Assembly: GCA_963799845.1 (NCBI GenBank)
Contig: CAWCYI010000004.1
Span: 64,001 to 128,000 of the forward strand
Length of the DNA stretch: 64,000 nucleotides
Source: an uncultured Nitrososphaerota archaeon
GTDB taxonomy: Archaea > Thermoproteota > Nitrososphaeria > Nitrososphaerales > CADDZS01
Direction of reading: 5' to 3'
Shown one piece after another: positions 30,510 through 41,227 of the stretch; the first letter of the stretch is position 1; every line of letters begins with the position of its first letter. The translations under genes were made by a program, and so were the position numbers. Below the pieces are notes generated by a model. It was not told the DNA's origin, did not search any database, and worked only from the letters and a program-made list of their open reading frames with translations.

Positions 30510-32589
30510 ATGAGTTCCCCCCGTAGAGTACGGACAATTTACTCAGTGATTGCATCCCCCAACAGGCTGGATATTCTGAGAATTCTCAACACCAAGGGCC
30601 CGCTTCAGCTACTCCGAGCTAAAGACTCTCGCAGGCTTCAAATCAAAGAAAGAATCCGGCAAGTTCGCCTACCATCTTCGGAAGCTGGTAAAGCAGACGT
30701 TGATTTCGCTCAACAGGGCCGAACGGAAGTATGTCGTGACTAGTCTCGGAAGGCTCGTGCTGAACCTGACGAAACAGATCGAAGAACAATCGATGCTGGA
30801 ATCGGGCAAACTGTACGTCCGTAGTTCCAGGCAGGCGATGGAAGAGTTCAACGCAGACAAGATCCTGCAATCCCTCGTGAAAGAGGCCGGCATGCCGGTC
30901 GAGCTCGCCCAGAAGATCGCAAGTGAAACCGAATCGAGAGTTTACAAATTTCAGACAGCCTACCTGACAGCTCCGCTCATCCGGGAAATAGTGAACAGCA
31001 TTTTGGTCGAGCATGGATACGAGGAGTATCGGCACAAGCTTACAAGGCTCGGATTGCCTGTCGCTGATGTAACGGAATTAATATCAAAGACAGGCGACAG
31101 TCCCGATTCGATTGACTCTGTACTCCTCACGACTTCGGCCAAGGTGTTTTCAGAGTATGCGATTCTGACAAAGATATCGAGAGACGTTTCAGACGCGCAT
31201 CTTTCGGGAGACATCAACATCTCCAATCTGGGATCATGGAGCTTGATGCCGGACTCGGTCTACGTTGACCTAAATTTGTTTTATTCGAACCCGTACAACC
31301 TTGGGAGCAAGCTCAGCAACGTCCCGCGGCTTTCATCGATAAAGAATTTTGACGCGGCTTTCGAGACTCTTGAAATTCTTGCAAGTGTCGTGTCGAAGGA
31401 AGTTACGAACGAGGTTTGTCTGGACAACCTGGTCTCCTACCTGTCGAAACTCTACGTTCCGAGGACGAAGGAAGAACAGGTGAAAATGTTTTCGAGAATG
31501 TTTTCCTCCCTTTCTGCTCTGACCGCTCAGACCCGGGCGAAGAGCCTGACCTTCCGAATTGGAGAACCGCTGAAGGACGAGGATGTTTCTTCACAGCTCG
31601 AGCTCAGAGATTCGCTGCTCGATGCCTACGCGAAGTACGTTGAATTCGTTCCCGTGCCTGTGGTGCATCTGGTGGTTTCTCCTGGAAGGTACTTCGATCG
31701 GAAGGTCGTCGAGGGTATTGCAGGGGTCATCTCAAAGGGCGGAGATATTGCGCTCGAATCCGAGGGAAAATACTTGTTTTCAGGGCTGAGGATGGACAAA
31801 CTTGACTCGAAGGGGTCTTCTCAGGAGGCCGTTGCCTTCCTCCAGAATCTGACAGTAAACCTACCCCGACTCTCATATGAATCGAACAAGGACGAGACCT
31901 ACTTCAGGGCAAAACTCTCCTTGCTCCTGCAGACGGCGATTAATGCTCTTGTAAACAGGAAGGACTACGTTCGGGATGGGTTGAAGCGGGGACTGCTTCC
32001 CGCGATTTCCCAAATCCCGACCGTTTCGTCGCTGGAAGAAATGCCCTTGGTGGTAAACCTCATCGGGTTGAACTCAGCGATTTCAAACCTCGTATCCGAA
32101 CGGGAGTCCTTGAGCAAGCGCGAGCTCGGCTTCAAGATTGTGGATACCGCAAGCAAAGTTGCTTCAGAGAAATCCGAGAAGTTGGGCCACAAGGGACTCA
32201 TCTCAATGATCCACCTTGAGGGCACCGAGCGTCTTTCCGATATTGATGTCGAGAAATACGGCAGATCGCAGGAGACCCGACACGGCGGTTATCAGGAGGG
32301 CATAATTGCGCAGTCCGAGCTTCTGGACGATCAGGGCGCGATGAGCGAGATCGCGGAACTTTCCCGGGCGGCTATCGGCGGAGCGCTCGTACGGATTGGT
32401 TTTCCGAAGGAGCTGGGTGAAACTCAGAATTTTGGAAATGCAGTATCCGGCGTGTCTGGGAAAATACCCTTCGCCAGACTTTCTCGGAGTCCCGACATCT
32501 GCAAAAAATGTGGCATGAAAGTTTTTGGCGGCGGGAGGTGTTCTTACTGCAAGTCGACTTCACTGATTCCACAAACAATTTTGATTTAG
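30510..32589 (+). CDS. ArsR-type HTH + ATP-cone + degenerate NrdD-like fusion (~692 aa), one frameshift at ~30606
   Basis: RLDILRIL..GPLSYSELK..KFAYHLRKL (wHTH); EEFNADKILQSL..LIREIV (ATP-cone); DAHLSGDINISNL, TVNLPRL, C-terminal CxxC-CxxC (NrdD-like). Confidence 0.82.
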
Positions 32590-32924
32590 AATTTTTATGA
32601 AAATATCAGAAACATTTAGGCAGACCAGATTTTTCAAGAGTTTGCCTGATCGGAAATCCAAGAGTAAACTGTTTTGCACAAAGGTCTTCTCGTCACTGCT
32701 TTGAGCGATGTCAATTCTAGTTCACTTATTTTTCGGGCAAAAAATTTTTCGATGTCGGAGATTTCCGAGCTCGCTTAATGTTAAATATTCTACTGCATCC
32801 TAGTTTGGCGCTTAATGACCAAAGAGAAAATCGCGAACCTTGAGCCAATTCCCAAGAGAGGTTTGAGCGGGGGAACAGTGATTTTTTCTCTGATAAATCA
32901 TGCAAGAGTTGCTGACTGTTATTT

Positions 32925-32942
32925 TGCTCGAGATCTCGAGCA
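32925..32942. promoter_or_regulatory. Perfect 18-bp palindrome upstream of nrdJ (candidate operator)
   Basis: TGCTCGAGATCTCGAGCA, ending 87 nt before the nrdJ ATG. Confidence 0.5.
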
Positions 32943-33029
32943 TTACCCTTAATTCCGTGAACGGCCTATTGCTAGTTAACGGTGCCCAAAAATCCGAACA
33001 AAAATTGAGCAAATGAGCGTGTAATAAAC

Positions 33030-35340
33030 ATGGAAACTGGATCTATTGACGACAAAGTTGCAGAAGAGGTCGAGGATGTTGAAGAAGTGGCAGGCGAATT
33101 AGAACAAATTGCTGTTCCTATCGAGTTGCCCAAAGAAACTCTCGATTTCTTCGGAGGAGACGAACTGAGGGCCAGAGTGTTTTATGAAAAATATGCTCTG
33201 AAGGATGAGAACCGTGCGGTTGTTGAGAGGACCCCAGTTCAGATGTGGGATCGAGTCAGCTCGCGAACTCGCCTCCGTTGAAGCTACTCAGGAAAAGAAG
33301 GAAGAGTGGACGAAAAAATTCTACTGGTTATTGGAGAACTTTAGGTTTGTCCCGGGAGGACGAATAATGTTTGGAGCGGGTCAGTCCCGGAAATCTACTC
33401 TGCTTAATTGTTATTATCTGCCGATAAAGGCCGATTCGCTGGAAGAAATCTTTGAATTTTGCAAAGAGGCAGGTAGAACATACTCTTACGGTGGTGGAGT
33501 CGGAACTGATATCTCGATCCTGAGACCCAAGGGAGCGCCTGTAAACAACTCTGCCGTCGTATCAACCGGCGCGGTGTCCTTCATGGAACTTTTCTCCGTC
33601 ACGACCGGAACAATCGGACAGGCGGGGAGGCGTGGCGCGCTGATGATCACGATTCACGTCGATCATCCCGACGTCGTTGATTTCATCGATGCAAAACGAG
33701 ATCTTTCCAAAGTGAATCATGCAAACATTAGTGTCTGCATTACCGATAAATTTATGCAAGCGGTTGAGAGGGATGACAATTTTGTCCTCGCGTTCAAGAA
33801 TGACAAGGCAGATGTCAAACGAGTCATAAATGCGCGCGAGCTCTGGGACAAGCTCGTTCGCTCAGCTTGGCTTTCCGCCGAGCCCGGAATTATTTTCTGG
33901 GACAACGTCAAGAATGAATCACCGACCGAATACAACGGGATGGAGGTCCACGGCTTTAATCCGTGTTCGGAGCAGTGCCTCGAAGATTACGGCTGTTGCT
34001 GTCTTGGCAATATCAATCTCTCCTCCTTTGTTGTTGATGAATTTTCCGATCGCGCCAGAATAGACTGGAGGAACCTTGAGAAAGCTCTGCGCTATGCGAC
34101 TCGCTTTCTGGATAACGTGCTCGACTACAACTCCGACAAACACCCGTTAGAGCAACAGAGGAAGGCCTCTATGTGGTCTCGCCGAATCGGCGTCGGTTTT
34201 ACCGGATTTGCTGACATGCTGATCAAACTCAACCTGAAATACGACTCTCCTCAGTCGTTAAAGATGGTTGACAGGCTGTTCGAGAAGGTCAAGAACATCT
34301 GCTACGATGAAAGCTGCAACATCTCGGTCGAAAAGGGTCCGGCTCCAGCTTTCATTGCGGAAAAGCATCTCGCGCGGCCGTTCATTCAGAGGCTCGATTC
34401 TTCGGTAAAGCAGAAGATCGCTTCTCACGGTGTGCGAAACTCTTGCGTATTGACTGTACCTCCGGTTGGAAGCGGCGCAATTCTCGCTGGGACAACATCA
34501 GGCATCGAACCGATCTTTGCGCTGAGCTACGTTCGCAAATCAAAATCCCTTTCGGGCGATTCTTTCAAAGTGTTCCATCCGCTCGTCCAGCAGTACATGA
34601 AGAGATTTTCGTTGAAGAACGAAAGTGATCTTCCGGACATTTTCGTCACGGCGCACAACCTCAAGGCGGATTCTAGGGTGCAGATGCAAGGGACGATCCA
34701 GAAGCATATCGATTCGAGCATTTCCAGCACGGTCAACATTCCCAAAGAATCAACTGTTCAGGATGTCAAGGACATTTACTTCCAGGCCTGGAGATCAGGT
34801 TGCAAGGGCATTACCGTTTACAGAGAGGGCGCCAGGGAAGGAATCTTGCTCACGAACGAAGAAGCTGCCGCGCAAAAAGGTGTGACGGGACAACAGCACA
34901 AATTCGAAAGACCAAAGATCCTGACCGGTCAGACTCTCAAGATGAAGATCCCACAGGGTAGTCTCTACGTCACTGCAAACAAGAATGGGGACAATATCAT
35001 CAGAGAAACATTCGTGACTCTCGGCAAATCTGGCGGCGACGAAAAGGCGGACGCTGAAGCTATCGGAAGGCTGATCAGCCTGTATCTCCAGCACGGTGGG
35101 AGCATACAGGAAGTAATCCACACCCTCAAGGGAATTCAGGGGCGGGACGTTTCGTGGGACAATGGTCAACAGCTGCTCTCAGTGCCCGATGCGGTTGCGA
35201 AAGCGCTTGCAAACTTGAATGGGACTATCATAGAATCAAAGCCCGAACTGAAGCACTGCCCTGATTGCGGCGAAAGTAGCATCATATACGAGAATGGGTG
35301 CTTCCGCTGCACTTCGTGTGGATATAGTAAATGCCAATGA
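33030..35340 (+). CDS. nrdJ: Class II (adenosylcobalamin) ribonucleotide reductase (~769 aa), one frameshift at ~33257
   Basis: FVPGGRI, LLNCY, GRRGA, NPCSE, CLGNINL, GIEP, GCKGITVYR, C-terminal TSCPD-like domain and Zn ribbon. Confidence 0.93.
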
Positions 35341-35347
35341 TCGTTGA

Positions 35348-35947
35348 CTAGACCGCTATGGTTGGACTATAGGGGTCTTCTTTTTTTTCAATCTTCTTCA
35401 CAAATTGGCAGTTCATGCAAAGTACCTGAAACCCCTTTGGGAAGTCGTGCAGTTTTATCCAAGAATGTAGGGTTCCTCCGCTTATTTTCAGCTCTCGTCG
35501 ATGCAGAGCTCCCTTGCTGTCGATATGGTCAAGGGTCAAGCACCCGGTCTGTAAACGATCTTTCGTGTAGCCCGTAAGGGTTGAGACAAAAAGGCGGCGT
35601 TCCCGAATAATGCGCTGAGAACTTAATTTGGTTTTAGCGCGTATTCCTCTTAAACGATCCCTCATTTTTTCTGGGTTTTTTCTGTAGTAATTGACAAATC
35701 TATTATTATGGTACTCTCGGTCGTTTCTTGTCCATTCCTGCATGTACGGCTTTAAGAATACGTAGTGACACTTTCTACATCTACCTCGAAAGTAGATCTT
35801 TCCCGCTCTCCCGACACATCGGTATCCGTTAGATTCTTGTATCTCAATTCCGCATGAGATGCCTAAAATTTAGGCACTTCGGGTCGGCTTTTGCGTATTC
35901 CGCCAGTTTATTTCGCTGTTTGTCAACTTTTGCTAATCATCGGTCAT
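35348..35947 (-). pseudogene. Decayed phage-type HNH endonuclease with N-terminal Zn finger
   Basis: LTLDHIDSKGALHRRE...FPKGFQVLCMNCQFVK; upstream frames give CRKC and K-C/ISC; several indels. Confidence 0.7.
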
Positions 35948-35986
35948 GGTTTGATTCTGACTTATGGCTATAATAAATGCGATTAA

Positions 35987-36928
35987 TTATGGATTGAGTA
36001 TCAGTGAGAGCAGGGCAGCTCTCACGTTTCTCCCGTACTGCATCTGCTTGAAGTAACGTGCCTGAGTGGATTGGTCGACGTCTTGTCTTATTTCATCGAC
36101 CCGGGGAAGTGGGTGCATTACGATTGCATCCGGCTTCATTTTCTTCACATGCTCAGCGTCAATGAAATAAGATCCCTTCACCTTTTCGTACTCCTGCTCG
36201 TCCGGGAAGCGCTCCTTCTGAATCCTAGTCATGTACAGGACATCAAGATCAGGCAGGATCTCCTGCAAACTTTCATTTTCGACAAGCTCGATTGTTTTTG
36301 ATTTTCCCGGGACGTTGCCCAGATCGTGCGTCGCCTCCTGTCGTATCTTCAGCCCCGGAGGTGAGACCAGATTAATTCTCACATCATATTTTGCGAGACC
36401 GAAAATCAAAGAGTAGACAGTTCGCCCAAACCTCAGGTCTCCCACTATTCCGATCCTGAGGCCATCGATCCGCTTTTTTTCCTTCATGATGGTGTAGAGA
36501 TCAAGCATCGCCTGCGTGGGGTGCTCTTCAGTTCCAGCTCCTCCGCTGATTATCGGCTTTGAGGCGATCTCTGCAGCAAACCTGGCCGCGCCCTCCATCG
36601 GGTGCCTAAGCACGAGAACATCCGAATTTGCTTCCACGACTCGGACCGTATCGGCCAGGGACTCTCCTTTTTCAATCGAAGTTGTCCTCGTTTCGCTGAA
36701 GCCAACAGATATGCCTCCAATTGAAGCCATTGCGGATTCGAAGCTGAGCCGGGTTCTCGTGCTAGGTTCGAAAAACATGATGCCGAGAATACGGCCTTCG
36801 CCAAGTGCGACTTTTTCGCGATATTTCATGTCGATCAATTTATCGGTAGTCGCGAACAGCAGTTCGAGCTCATCTCGTCCGAAATCTTTCATCGAAAGTA
36901 TATCGCGTCTAAAGAATGGATTGGGCAA
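35987..36928 (-). CDS. pyrB: Aspartate carbamoyltransferase catalytic subunit
   Basis: FFEPSTRT, HPTQAMLD, TRIQKERF, HPLPR. Confidence 0.96.
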   Translation of the reverse strand: MPNPFFRRDILSMKDFGRDELELLFATTDKLIDMKYREKVALGEGRILGIMFFEPSTRTRLSFESAMASIGGISVGFSETRTTSIEKGESLADTVRVVEANSDVLVLRHPMEGAARFAAEIASKPIISGGAGTEEHPTQAMLDLYTIMKEKKRIDGLRIGIVGDLRFGRTVYSLIFGLAKYDVRINLVSPPGLKIRQEATHDLGNVPGKSKTIELVENESLQEILPDLDVLYMTRIQKERFPDEQEYEKVKGSYFIDAEHVKKMKPDAIVMHPLPRVDEIRQDVDQSTQARYFKQMQYGRNVRAALLSLILNP

Positions 36929-37101
36929 ATTGATCTTCCCGAAAGTTCGTCATCTTATTTTGTCGCGACCTGCAGAATAAGAGTTTGTATGTCGTGCGGC
37001 CAAATCATTTGACATTATTGCCATCGCAACTTTATGTACCTATTTCACGCAAACGTTTAAAGCAATTTTTTGAGGCTTTTTCTTGGTCTGGCCGAATCTT
37101 C

Positions 37102-38154
37102 TTGAGCAAGAGCGTTTATTCGGGAACAAAGGCATTCGCGATCAGGGGTTCTATTCTGACCTACGAACAGCTCGATGAGCTGGCGGACTCCGATAGTCTA
37201 GATACGTTTGTTTCAAAACTGAAAGGAACGCCCTACGGTGACTCGCTCTCTGACCTCCAAAAGCCGTATGATACAGTCAAAATAGAGCTCGCGCTACGAC
37301 ACCGTCTGGTGAAAGTCGCGAGGTCGATGATCACCGCGACGTCAAATTCCAAGGTTTTGCAGGCTTATTATTCCAAGTTTCTTGCTGACAATCTCAAAAC
37401 GATCCTGAAGGGAATGGCTCTCGAAAAAGTCTACGAGGATACATCGAGGTTCGTTGATCTTTACGCGGAGGAACTGGTTGGGAGTAGGGATATCATCGTG
37501 AGAGTGCTCGCTTCGCGTCGACTGGATGAGGCTGTTTCTACTTTGAGGTCAACCCAGTTCGGCGAAGCCGCGGAAGCTGCGGCGAAAGCGTTCACCGAAA
37601 CCAAGAACTTTCAGGTTTTTGATATTTTCATCGATCGTGCGTACTATCGGACGCTACTCAACGGTTTCCTCGCTGAGAGAACTGACAAGAGAGATCTCAG
37701 AGAAGTAATTGCGCTGGATGTTGACGGGTTTAATGTTACTTCGGTTCTTAGAGCAAGAGAATGGGGCTTATCCCCGGCGGATGCAGAGCAGCTCATCGTA
37801 GAACCCGAGTTCAAAGTTCCAAGAGAGGTATTGGTAGCACTAGCCAGATCTGAAACTCCCGGAGAGTCGATCTCCCAGCTTGATAAGACTCCGTATGCCG
37901 GGTTAATTTCTCAGCAGGATTCGACAAACCCCGCTTGGATTTCTATGCTGGAAGCTGGCTTTGAACGATTGAAACTTAGGGCAGCGAAGAGAACCTTCAC
38001 GTGGGACATCTTTAGTACAAGCGAAGCCCTCGGGGTTTTGAAGCTCTTGGAGTACGAGATAAGGGCGCTCGCGGCGATAGGATTCGGAATCGAGCAGAAA
38101 ATTCCGAGGAATGAGATAATGCAGAAGATTTCAGGCTATGGACAGGATGCCTAG
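37102..38154 (+). CDS. atpC: A/V-type ATP synthase subunit C
   Basis: LKGTPYG, NLKTILKG, DIFIDRAYY, NVTSVLRA, EYEIRAL..IGFGIE; start likely TTG 37102. Confidence 0.85.
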   Translation: MSKSVYSGTKAFAIRGSILTYEQLDELADSDSLDTFVSKLKGTPYGDSLSDLQKPYDTVKIELALRHRLVKVARSMITATSNSKVLQAYYSKFLADNLKTILKGMALEKVYEDTSRFVDLYAEELVGSRDIIVRVLASRRLDEAVSTLRSTQFGEAAEAAAKAFTETKNFQVFDIFIDRAYYRTLLNGFLAERTDKRDLREVIALDVDGFNVTSVLRAREWGLSPADAEQLIVEPEFKVPREVLVALARSETPGESISQLDKTPYAGLISQQDSTNPAWISMLEAGFERLKLRAAKRTFTWDIFSTSEALGVLKLLEYEIRALAAIGFGIEQKIPRNEIMQKISGYGQDA

Positions 38155-38156
38155 AA

Positions 38157-38669
38157 TCACTGAATCGGACTCTCCTGCTGCATCTGTTTAATTTTCCATT
38201 CCAGCGCTTGCTTGAACTCTGCGTTATCTATCAGGTTCAAGTTCTTCCCGCAGGTCGGACACTTGAAGAAGGCCTCCATCGCCTCCTCAAAAGTCAACTT
38301 CTTGCAGGTCGGAGTATCGCAGCTGTAGAATTCGTGCTCTCTTTCATAATCCAGCCTCTGCCTCAATCGCTCAAGAGCTTTCTTTTTCTGCGTCTCGATG
38401 AAGCCGTCTACCTGGTCTCGCTGCGCCTTCCAGCGGTAGACAAACCATCCTCTTTTCAGGTCACGAACCCTGATCCCCGATATTAGGGACCTGCCGAAGA
38501 GATCGTACAGGGCCTTCCGCACCGAATTTATCTTGAGCCCCGTCGCGCTCGCAATTTCTTCGTCGGTTGCATTTTCATTGTTCAGTAGCGCTCTTGCGAC
38601 CTTTACGTAATCTTCTCCACCCAGAAGACTTGCGATCTTCACAAACGAATCCTCATATTCAATTTTCAT
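38157..38669 (-). CDS. tfe: Transcription factor E (alpha)
   Basis: TDEEIASATGLKINSVRKALYDL, GWFVYRW, Zn ribbon C..C/CPTC. Confidence 0.94.
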   Translation of the reverse strand: MKIEYEDSFVKIASLLGGEDYVKVARALLNNENATDEEIASATGLKINSVRKALYDLFGRSLISGIRVRDLKRGWFVYRWKAQRDQVDGFIETQKKKALERLRQRLDYEREHEFYSCDTPTCKKLTFEEAMEAFFKCPTCGKNLNLIDNAEFKQALEWKIKQMQQESPIQ

Positions 38670-39237
38670 TTACAAATTCAACCTTCTTGCTCCGCAAACT
38701 TGGTTTTATCCGTAGTCTAGCCTTGCTAAAGGTATTATACAGCTCTTCTCCCATAAAAAGCCTATCAAGGAAGACTGCGAGCGCTGCTACTTCGCTGTGG
38801 GGCTGGTTTCCTACTGAAATATTATGGTCGGCAGCGGAGTAAATTTCGGCAGGGACCTTTTCCGCGCCTACGACCAAAAGCAGTTCTTCACTTTCATTTC
38901 GTCTTATCTTCTCCAGTCCGGTGTCGAGATTTTCTCCATACATGGTTAGGTGAACCTTGATTCCCTTCCAGTTCCGGATGAATTCTCTCCAGTTCTTGAT
39001 GTAGACAACTTCGAACTCTCCTCCCCATCTTTGACTCAGCCGGCTAATTGAGTCGAGTGTGTGATCGTCTGCTCCCGTCAGAACTAGTTTTTTGGCGCCA
39101 AACGCCCTAGATACCAGGCCAATGTGAGTGCTGATCCTTTCGTCCCTTACGAGACGGTGTCCCAACCTAAGGACGGTTACTGAAATTTTTCGAACGTTCT
39201 CAGACGAATCTGTATTAGCGGCAGGGCGGGGTTTCAT
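38659..39237 (-). CDS. trm56: tRNA (cytidine-56-2'-O)-methyltransferase
   Basis: LRLGHRLVRDERISTH, VHLTMYG, VGAEKVP, NQPHSEVAALAVFLD. Confidence 0.95.
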   Translation of the reverse strand: MKPRPAANTDSSENVRKISVTVLRLGHRLVRDERISTHIGLVSRAFGAKKLVLTGADDHTLDSISRLSQRWGGEFEVVYIKNWREFIRNWKGIKVHLTMYGENLDTGLEKIRRNESEELLLVVGAEKVPAEIYSAADHNISVGNQPHSEVAALAVFLDRLFMGEELYNTFSKARLRIKPSLRSKKVEFVNEN

Positions 39238-39258
39238 CTTCGAGCCGATAGCAAAAGG

Positions 39259-39762
39259 CTAGTTGTCGCTGGATATTTCGTCTTCCGCCGGCACAAAGAG
39301 CTCAATTTTCAGGAAGTGCTCTAACTTTCGAGCAAGCGCATCGGTCGGCTTTATCGAGCCTGCTTCAAGATGGCTGATCACTGAGGGTTTCTCGTTAATT
39401 TTCATGCCAAGCTCGTCCTGTTTGATTCCGAGCACCTCTCTCGCATTCTTGATCACCTTGCTGTAATCCTCGCGCAAAACCATTTCATCATTTTCGTAAT
39501 AGTTGCTGGAGGGACCGATTGAAGAAGGACCAGGCCGGCTGGGGCTTCTTGGAGTAGACGAAAAGCCGGCTCCGCTCGTCGATCGTTGAGGTCTCGCAGC
39601 TGGCTTTGGGGCTCGTACCGGCGTACCTAACTTTGAGCAGCTGTTGCAAACTCGAAATACTCCACCGTCCATGTTTACAACCTGAACTTCGCCACGGATA
39701 TTACTGCCACATAATTCACAATTCAACAGAAATTCCAAATCCAATCCAAGCGAAACACGCAT
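39259..39762 (-). CDS. mbf1: Archaeal multiprotein bridging factor aMBF1
   Basis: CELCG...CNSC Zn ribbon plus Cro-like HTH (IKNARE..LGMKINEKPSVI); true start is probably a few codons downstream. Confidence 0.9.
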   Translation of the reverse strand: MRVSLGLDLEFLLNCELCGSNIRGEVQVVNMDGGVFRVCNSCSKLGTPVRAPKPAARPQRSTSGAGFSSTPRSPSRPGPSSIGPSSNYYENDEMVLREDYSKVIKNAREVLGIKQDELGMKINEKPSVISHLEAGSIKPTDALARKLEHFLKIELFVPAEDEISSDN

Positions 39763-39771
39763 TTATGTGCT

Positions 39772-40344
39772 TTGCAACTAGAGGCTTATCCAATATCGAA
39801 GGTCAGCGACGACTTGCGGGAAAAAATCAAGTCACACATCAAGAATCGCAATTCAAAAAGTGAGCAATTCGACAAGTCAAAGACCTCGATGAGCTTGGAT
39901 TACATATTTGGATCTAAGGTTTCAGGGAAGATAGATTTTTCAAATATAGCTTTTGTGCATTCTAGAAGGACGGGAAGAATAAGACACCTGACCGATAGGA
40001 GAACGGGTAATGTACTCTTTAGCTTCCGTCCTAATGGAACCATCGCTCCAACAGTTGCCGGGGCTAATCTGTTATCGTCAAGGAAAAATAATTCTAAGAG
40101 AAGATCTTCGCGAGATTGGGAAATCACGGTAATTGATGGGGTATCCGAGGTCGTCTCGAAGGGAAAAACCGTGTTTTGTAAACATGTGGTCCATTGCAGC
40201 GATTTGCTCCGTCCTGGGGAAGATGTTTCTATTCTGAATGAGAAAGGGGAGCTTCTGGCCGTGGGAAAAACGGTCTTAGGTGGTCCCACCGTGAAACAAT
40301 TTAAGAGGGGACAGGCAGTTAAGATTCGAGAGGGTTCCGCCTAG
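39772..40344 (+). CDS. PUA-domain protein (archaeosine TGT C-terminal-like)
   Basis: SRRTGRIR, GKTVFCKHV, LRPGEDV, AVKIREG. Confidence 0.85.
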   Translation: MQLEAYPISKVSDDLREKIKSHIKNRNSKSEQFDKSKTSMSLDYIFGSKVSGKIDFSNIAFVHSRRTGRIRHLTDRRTGNVLFSFRPNGTIAPTVAGANLLSSRKNNSKRRSSRDWEITVIDGVSEVVSKGKTVFCKHVVHCSDLLRPGEDVSILNEKGELLAVGKTVLGGPTVKQFKRGQAVKIREGSA

Positions 40345-40692
40345 ATGCCGCAGATGAATTTGGACAATCGACAGGCGCGTCGAATGATGGATCGTATGGG
40401 TGTCAGTATGGATCAGATTGACGGGGTTGAAGAAGTGATCATAAGAACTGCCGACAAAGATCTAGTCATCAAGAGTGCCAGCGTTTCCGAAGTCAGAATG
40501 AAAGGGCAGGCGAGGATTTTTCAAGTCTCTGGTGAGGATGTCGAGGAGAGAATGCGTGAGAAACCAAAATATACGAAAGAGGATGTGTTGCTTGTCGCAC
40601 AACAGGCCACTGTCTCCGAGGCAAAAGCCGAACAAGCGTTGAAGGATAACGACGGAGATCTTGCGACCGCGATTTTGAAGCTCTCGTCTTAG
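40345..40692 (+). CDS. nac: Nascent polypeptide-associated complex protein
   Basis: RRMMDRMG, VEEVII, UBA-like EDVLLVAQQA..GDLATAIL. Confidence 0.93.
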   Translation: MPQMNLDNRQARRMMDRMGVSMDQIDGVEEVIIRTADKDLVIKSASVSEVRMKGQARIFQVSGEDVEERMREKPKYTKEDVLLVAQQATVSEAKAEQALKDNDGDLATAILKLSS

Positions 40693-40801
40693 CTCCGAAA
40701 GTTACTGCAAACTTTAAGACAGTCGCACGGATCGCTTGTTTCTAATTTAGATTATTTCGTGCAGATTTTGAAATTTTTCTCGTTATTTTGGTAGTAGTGG
40801 A

Positions 40802-41191
40802 GTGGAAATAGGTTGGCGGTTGAAGCTGAAAACAAAGATCCAGGGTTCTGAGTATTATCCGGATAAGAACGCTTCGAAGATTCAGAATGCGATTACCGTA
40901 CTTTCGGAAATGGAAACTAATTTGGACGGTCTTTCCGCTCAAGTTGCTGATCTGAAAAAGAAATTACTGAACTTTGCGGAGATCGAATCGGAGAAGGCTA
41001 AAGCTGAGATTATAGAACAGGCGAACAAGGAGGCGCAGGACGCCCTCGATCAAGCCAGAGCGGCTGCGCAGAATGAAGCGAGTTCGATTGTGGCCAAAGG
41101 AATTTCAGAGACAAACGAATTAAGAGAAAAGATTACCGGCAAAGTCTCCGAGGCGGTAAACATCATCGTCAGTTCCGTCCAATCGGTCTGA
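40802..41191 (+). CDS. A/V-type ATP synthase subunit H (G/H peripheral stalk)
   Basis: Long E/A/K-rich coiled coil directly upstream of atpF; start uncertain. Confidence 0.7.
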   Translation: MEIGWRLKLKTKIQGSEYYPDKNASKIQNAITVLSEMETNLDGLSAQVADLKKKLLNFAEIESEKAKAEIIEQANKEAQDALDQARAAAQNEASSIVAKGISETNELREKITGKVSEAVNIIVSSVQSV

Positions 41192-41227
41192 TATGCCGAA
41201 AGTTGCAATGCAGGGTGAAATAGATTC

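Noticed and set aside
32590-33029. Cobalamin riboswitch or NrdR boxes before nrdJ
   Set aside because: No B12-box or conserved riboswitch core; the only NrdR-like string (ACTGCATCCTAGT) has the wrong spacing
25812-35340. lhr, rpa, HTH-NrdD and nrdJ as pseudogenes or programmed frameshifts
   Set aside because: Each is repaired by single-base changes at AGCT/GATC, with no slippery sites or extra stops; a sequencing artefact is more parsimonious
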